A stretch of 64,000 nt of DNA from positions 1 to 64,000 of the forward strand of contig JAYWIR010000018.1 of assembly GCA_036172245.1 (NCBI GenBank), given 5' to 3'. Source of the stretch: Raillietiella orientalis (Eukaryota). This document shows positions 63,344 to 64,000 of the stretch, piece after piece. How positions within the stretch are numbered: the stretch's first letter is position 1; each line of letters starts with the position of its first letter. A program made the position numbers and the translations under genes. Under the pieces are notes generated by a model that ran no database searches, was not told the origin of the DNA, and saw only the letters and a list, made by a program, of their open reading frames with translations.

Positions 63344-64000
63344 TTATTTTGAGCTTCGTCTCACAGGTTCAGAAGCTGTAGGAGGTGGAGGAGGACCTCT
63401 TTTATCAAGATCCTCTAAATAGATCCTGAGTAACTTCTCTCTTTCCTCTGGAACACAATCTAGAACTAAATACCGACTGTCTTTTTGGAGACACTCCAGT
63501 ATATCCTTGTAATGTTGCTCGTTCTCCTCCACCGCTTTAAAAGATTTATGGGTGATTATTTTGGTTTCCTATGAACAATCCAACTTCCGTACACGCTTTT
63601 CCATCTCTGCTACACTTACTTTCAGCAGTTCTCTGAAATCCGCTTTGGCAGCAACGAGCCTGTCTTTTAGATATTCCTTAAATTCACGTTCGCATTTCTA
63701 AAACGAGAATCCCCCTCCGTGGTTGTTTGTTACAATGCCCACAGTCACCTACCCTGTCGCTGGAGGAAAACTTTGCATAGCGCGGATCCTCTTTGATGAG
63801 TTTTTTTACCTCTTTCCAGGTGGACATGAGAGTGACTTGAACAGTGTCATCGAGAAGTTCACGAAACTTTTCCTTCTTCTTTTTGATTAGCACCTCAATG
63901 TGCTGGTTAAAAAGCTTCTCCCTCTCTTCCCTGTCGAGCGATTCCACGAGCTCCCACCTGTGGTCCTTGCGCAATTGCTTTTTTGCCTCTTTCCAGGTTA
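63344..64000 (-). CDS. TCERG1: Transcription elongation regulator 1 (CA150), 3' part with FF domains. Exons >64000-63753, 63697-63620, 63568-63344; partial
   Basis: FF repeats (STWKEVKKLIKEDPRYAKFSSSDR/KCEREF...AKADFRELLK/ETKIITHKS) and the diagnostic C-terminus RYLVLDCVPEEREKL...DKRGPPPPPTASEPVRRSSK*. Introns are 55 and 51 nt, GT-AG. Confidence 0.96.

Overview
Eukaryotic (metazoan, probably invertebrate/arthropod-like) DNA at the border between a satellite array and a gene-bearing region. Bases 1 to ~29.6 kb are a head-to-tail array of about 104 copies of a 286-bp satellite with recurring monomer variants (irregular higher-order structure). The array fades through about 3 degenerate copies to ~30.5 kb. 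Next comes a CpG-rich zone (~30.5-42.6 kb) of decayed coding-like sequence, old non-LTR retrotransposon fragments, a triple palindrome and a minisatellite. The gene-bearing part holds a complete 16-exon INTS8 gene (minus strand, 979 aa, most introns only 39-48 nt), a 5'-truncated non-LTR element with a perfect 48-bp flanking duplication, an internally inverted mariner relic, a near full-length but frameshifted L1/Tx1-like retrotransposon with an 18-bp TSD, POLE3/CHRAC17 (probable GC-AG intron) and the 3' end of TCERG1 (minus strand). The most interesting and still speculative observation is that each satellite monomer carries two minus-strand GT..AG intervals (44 and 54 nt) sized like this genome's tiny introns. 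These signals persist in the degenerate edge copies and run into a putative spliced minus-strand locus, which suggests the satellite arose by amplifying an exon-intron cassette. All gene calls come from manual reading and recalled homology; no searches were run.
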